DNA of 24,806 nt from the IMG/VR virus record IMGVR_UViG_2541047691_000012; one strand, given 5' to 3'. This stretch comes from a virus (lineage: Duplodnaviria; Heunggongvirae; Uroviricota; Caudoviricetes). This document shows positions 22,351 to 24,806 of this stretch, in pieces. The first letter of the stretch is position 1. Each line of letters begins with the position of its first letter. Position numbers and translations under genes: made by a program. Below the pieces are notes generated by a model that saw only the letters and a program-made list of their open reading frames with translations, was not told the origin of the DNA and made no database searches.

Positions 22351-22773
22351 TTATGCCGGGCTGCTCCCGGCATCTTCTAGCTGCCATAATGTCTCGTCAC
22401 CTGATAGAGCAAAACGAAATGAGTGAAGTATATCCTCCCGAGAGAAGCTCACGGCTACAGCTGCGGGAAAGTCAAATATAATCCCACCTTCATTTTTAAA
22501 ACGATTACGCAATTGATAGGCTATCGGTTTGATTTGTGCAGGAAGAGTATCTATATCTCTTCCATTGACAACAGAATCTTTGTTTTCCAGTACTGATTTA
22601 GCGATTAGATATAGATGCCAGTAACTGGTTACAATTGTTACTCCTGTGATGTGTCGTAAATTAATTGCAATTCGTCCGTTATTATGTTTTTCCGCAAGGT
22701 ATTTCAGGTTATCAATTAATGCTTGGTCATTTTTTGAAATAGTTATTGTGAAATCTGACGTGTTTGTTTTCAT
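22351..22773 (-). CDS. Hypothetical protein (140 aa) encoded in AT-rich DNA, second gene of the early operon
   Basis: ORF starting 4 nt after the Cox-like stop. Local GC is clearly lower than in flanking phage genes. No recognisable motif. Confidence 0.55.
   Translation of the reverse strand: MKTNTSDFTITISKNDQALIDNLKYLAEKHNNGRIAINLRHITGVTIVTSYWHLYLIAKSVLENKDSVVNGRDIDTLPAQIKPIAYQLRNRFKNEGGIIFDFPAAVAVSFSREDILHSFRFALSGDETLWQLEDAGSSPA
22353..22373. terminator. Stem-loop between the convergent genes (atgccggg-ctgct-cccggcat), overlapping the last codons of the 140 aa gene
   Basis: 8 bp perfect inverted repeat; flanking U-tracts are weak. Confidence 0.35.
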
Positions 22774-22777
22774 ACGA

Positions 22778-23299
22778 TTAGTTGCCTCTGTTGTTTCTGA
22801 GTTGGTTCAGTTTTGAGCTTCTGCCTGTATAAACTCGCTTACCGTTAATGGTCTGGCAGTCTTCTTTATTAGCTGGAGAGAACTTCCTTTTCTGGCGGTC
22901 ATACGTCCAGTAACTTTTCCAGTTGTGCCATTCTGGGGGCTCGTGCTCTGGTAGCTCATCAGCCAACTTGTCCCACTCTTTGGCGTTAAACCACCATACT
23001 CCGTCTGAGTTTTCATCTTCCGGGTTTGTGCGCGTCTTGTGTCCCGGCATTTGACCGCGATGAATGGCTACGCGCAGTGCAGATTTTGTTAGCCCAATAT
23101 ATGCCGCGCCTTTTTCCAGAGAGCAAAGCCCGGCGATCGGACCATCCAGCCGTAAAGTCGCTCCTTTTTTGTAGGAACGCTTTTTCTTGTTTTCTTCGTG
23201 TTCGTCGTCGTTGGCGGCATCAATGGATCCGCTGAGTGTGTCACTTTCCTGAAGTGGTTGGTGGTCAGATAACTCTTTATCGGCAATGAAGTCCCGCAT
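22778..23299 (-). CDS. cox: Cox-like excisionase/repressor with extended N- and C-termini
   Basis: 173 aa. ATG with strong SD AAGAGGA (6 nt spacing). Central region AAYIGLTKSALRVAIHRGQMPG...DGVWWFNAKEWD resembles P2 Cox (FAKLIGKSTGAVRRMIDKGKLP...GEYWVYLPAWN). Divergent from the C repressor gene. Confidence 0.6.
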   Translation of the reverse strand: MRDFIADKELSDHQPLQESDTLSGSIDAANDDEHEENKKKRSYKKGATLRLDGPIAGLCSLEKGAAYIGLTKSALRVAIHRGQMPGHKTRTNPEDENSDGVWWFNAKEWDKLADELPEHEPPEWHNWKSYWTYDRQKRKFSPANKEDCQTINGKRVYTGRSSKLNQLRNNRGN

Positions 23300-23402
23300 T
23301 TGTTATCCTCTTGCGTTGGTGCGCTTGTTGCGCTTTGTGATGGTTTGTTTTGGTTTGTTTTCTTCACCATGTGGTGAAGAATGAAAAGAGGATACTCATC
23401 GT
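23300..23402. promoter_or_regulatory. Immunity switch region: divergent Pe/Pc promoters with candidate operators
   Basis: 103 bp between divergent cox-like and C genes. Tandem direct repeat tggtttgttt x2 (23341-23360), imperfect palindrome ttcaccatgtggtgaa (23363-23378), and gcgcttgt/gcgctttgt repeats. Confidence 0.55.
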
Positions 23403-23744
23403 ATGGTGAACATGTCAAGAGATTACGCCAAAAAACTAAAGGCGATCAGAAATGCAGAAAAACTTACACAATCTCAGTTTTCGCAAGTAACGGGGGTTTC
23501 TGTAGGGACTATAGGGAATTATGAGTCTGGATATAAACCTGCGCGAATTGAGGTTGTAGAAAAAGTAATCCAAGTCGAGCGATTCGAAAAATACACTATG
23601 TGGATACTTCACGACAAAACATTTCCCGCTGCCGGGCAGGTTGCCCCGGCTCTCTCTCTTGATGGCTCTATTCAGTCGGAGGGCGATCAGGTTTCAATCG
23701 GTATTACCCAAAAATCACCCCGATCAGGCCGCAATGTTGGCTGA
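23403..23744 (+). CDS. C: Immunity repressor C (P2 C-like, HTH XRE-type)
   Basis: 113 aa. HTH region (LTQSQFSQVTGVSVGTIGNYESG). C-terminal EKYTMWILHDKTFPAAGQVAPALSL resembles P2 C (TKYTLWFMTNQIAPESGQIAPALAH). Directly upstream of int on the same strand. Confidence 0.75.
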   Translation: MVNMSRDYAKKLKAIRNAEKLTQSQFSQVTGVSVGTIGNYESGYKPARIEVVEKVIQVERFEKYTMWILHDKTFPAAGQVAPALSLDGSIQSEGDQVSIGITQKSPRSGRNVG

Positions 23745-23813
23745 CTCTACACATTGAGCGAATTACATATCGCAAGGAGTGTTTAGTTAATTTATCCGTT
23801 GGAGGGGCTAATC

Positions 23814-24806
23814 ATGTCGATTAAGCAACTCAAAGACGGACGTTATCAGGTCGATGTCAGACCGCAGGGGGCGGAAGGAAAGCGGATTCGAAAAATCTTT
23901 GCCCTGAAATCAAAGGCTCAGGAGTTTGAGAAGTATGTGTTACAGAACTTTCATGACAAGCCATGGCAGGCTAAGCCAGCTGATCAGCGGCGATTATCAG
24001 AGCTGCTTGATGCGTGGTGGATGCTTGATGGGCGTAATCAGGCTTACGGGGATAGCTACAGGGTTAGGCTAGGGAAGGTTGTTCGTGAAATGGGAGATCC
24101 TCGCGCCAGTCAGATGACGCGAAAATTTATGCTTGAATATCGGTCAGAGAAATTACAGGCCGGATTAATGCCGTCCAGTATTAATCGTGACTTATGCGTA
24201 CTGTCTACCATGTTCACGGTGCTGATTGAAGCTGAGGTCTTTCACAACGCGAACCCTGTACGCGGTATACGAAAACTGAAAGTTCAGAACACAGAGATGG
24301 CCTTTCTTTCTGATGATGAGATTGAACGGCTTCTTGAGCGACTGGAGGGTGATGCGCGTCGTGTTGCCATTCTGTGTCTTTCTACTGGTGCCCGATGGAG
24401 TGAAGCATCGGAACTACGTGGAGAGCATATCGTTGGCAACCGGGTGACGTTCTTTAACACCAAAAACGGAAAATCCCGTTCGGTTCCTGTGGCGGATTCG
24501 GTCGTGCCTCTGATTAAAACCCGTCGAACGGGGTTATTGTATCAGGTTGATTATCTGAAGTTCCGGGAGATTCTTCAGGAGGTGAAACCGGATTTGCCGA
24601 AGGGGCAGGCTACGCATGTCATGCGTCATACATTTGCCACACACTTTATGATGAATGGCGGAAATATTGTTACGTTGCAACGAATCCTGGGGCACGCAAC
24701 GATTCAGCAAACAATGACGTACGCTCATTTTTCGCCGGACTTCTTACAGGACGCGATCAACTTTAATCCGCTGGCTGAAAGTGTCCATAAACTGTCCATC
24801 GATTAG
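23814..24806 (+). CDS. int: Tyrosine integrase (P2 Int-like site-specific recombinase)
   Basis: ATG at 23814 with SD GGAGGGG at 6 nt spacing (the track ORF begins at a TTG five codons earlier). Catalytic-domain features: ARWSE, HVMRHTFATHF, LGHATIQQTMTYAH. The stop codon is the last three bases of the window. Confidence 0.9.
   Translation: MSIKQLKDGRYQVDVRPQGAEGKRIRKIFALKSKAQEFEKYVLQNFHDKPWQAKPADQRRLSELLDAWWMLDGRNQAYGDSYRVRLGKVVREMGDPRASQMTRKFMLEYRSEKLQAGLMPSSINRDLCVLSTMFTVLIEAEVFHNANPVRGIRKLKVQNTEMAFLSDDEIERLLERLEGDARRVAILCLSTGARWSEASELRGEHIVGNRVTFFNTKNGKSRSVPVADSVVPLIKTRRTGLLYQVDYLKFREILQEVKPDLPKGQATHVMRHTFATHFMMNGGNIVTLQRILGHATIQQTMTYAHFSPDFLQDAINFNPLAESVHKLSID

Noticed and set aside
23089-23418. 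109 aa minus-strand ORF overlapping cox and the switch region
   Set aside because: Overlaps the SD-supported cox-like frame and crosses the divergent promoter region. The out-of-frame overlap is implausible.
1-24806. CRISPR arrays, tRNA/rRNA genes, insertion sequences
   Set aside because: No regularly spaced short direct repeats with unique spacers, no cloverleaf-like tRNA candidates, and no transposase-like ORFs or terminal inverted repeats were seen. The att site and any tRNA integration target would lie beyond the integrase at the window end.

Overview
This window reads as one contiguous segment of a P2-like (Peduovirus-type) temperate prophage, in reverse orientation relative to the canonical P2 map. 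All calls rest on my reading of the ORF translations and the raw sequence; no database search was run. From left to right: (1) late morphogenesis genes on the minus strand (tail fibre H, baseplate I/J/W/V, S, R, a lysis cassette, X, L, M, N, O); (2) the divergent packaging pair P and Q on the plus strand; (3) a ~600 bp non-coding region where synteny places cos; (4) a plasmid-type ParM/ParR partition cassette with upstream palindromic iterons, sitting where P2 carries old/tin; (5) the rolling-circle replication initiator A (940 aa); (6) an early region packed with small ORFs and cargo, including an SPFH/band-7 lipoprotein with a small membrane partner, a ~370 bp highly structured non-coding region, an AT-rich small hydrophobic peptide gene and an AT-rich convergent gene pair; (7) the immunity switch (Cox-like and C repressor, divergent) and a tyrosine integrase ending exactly at the window edge. 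The att sites and tail genes G/F/E/T/U/D/ogr lie outside the window. The most unusual content is the ParMR module and the cargo in the early region.
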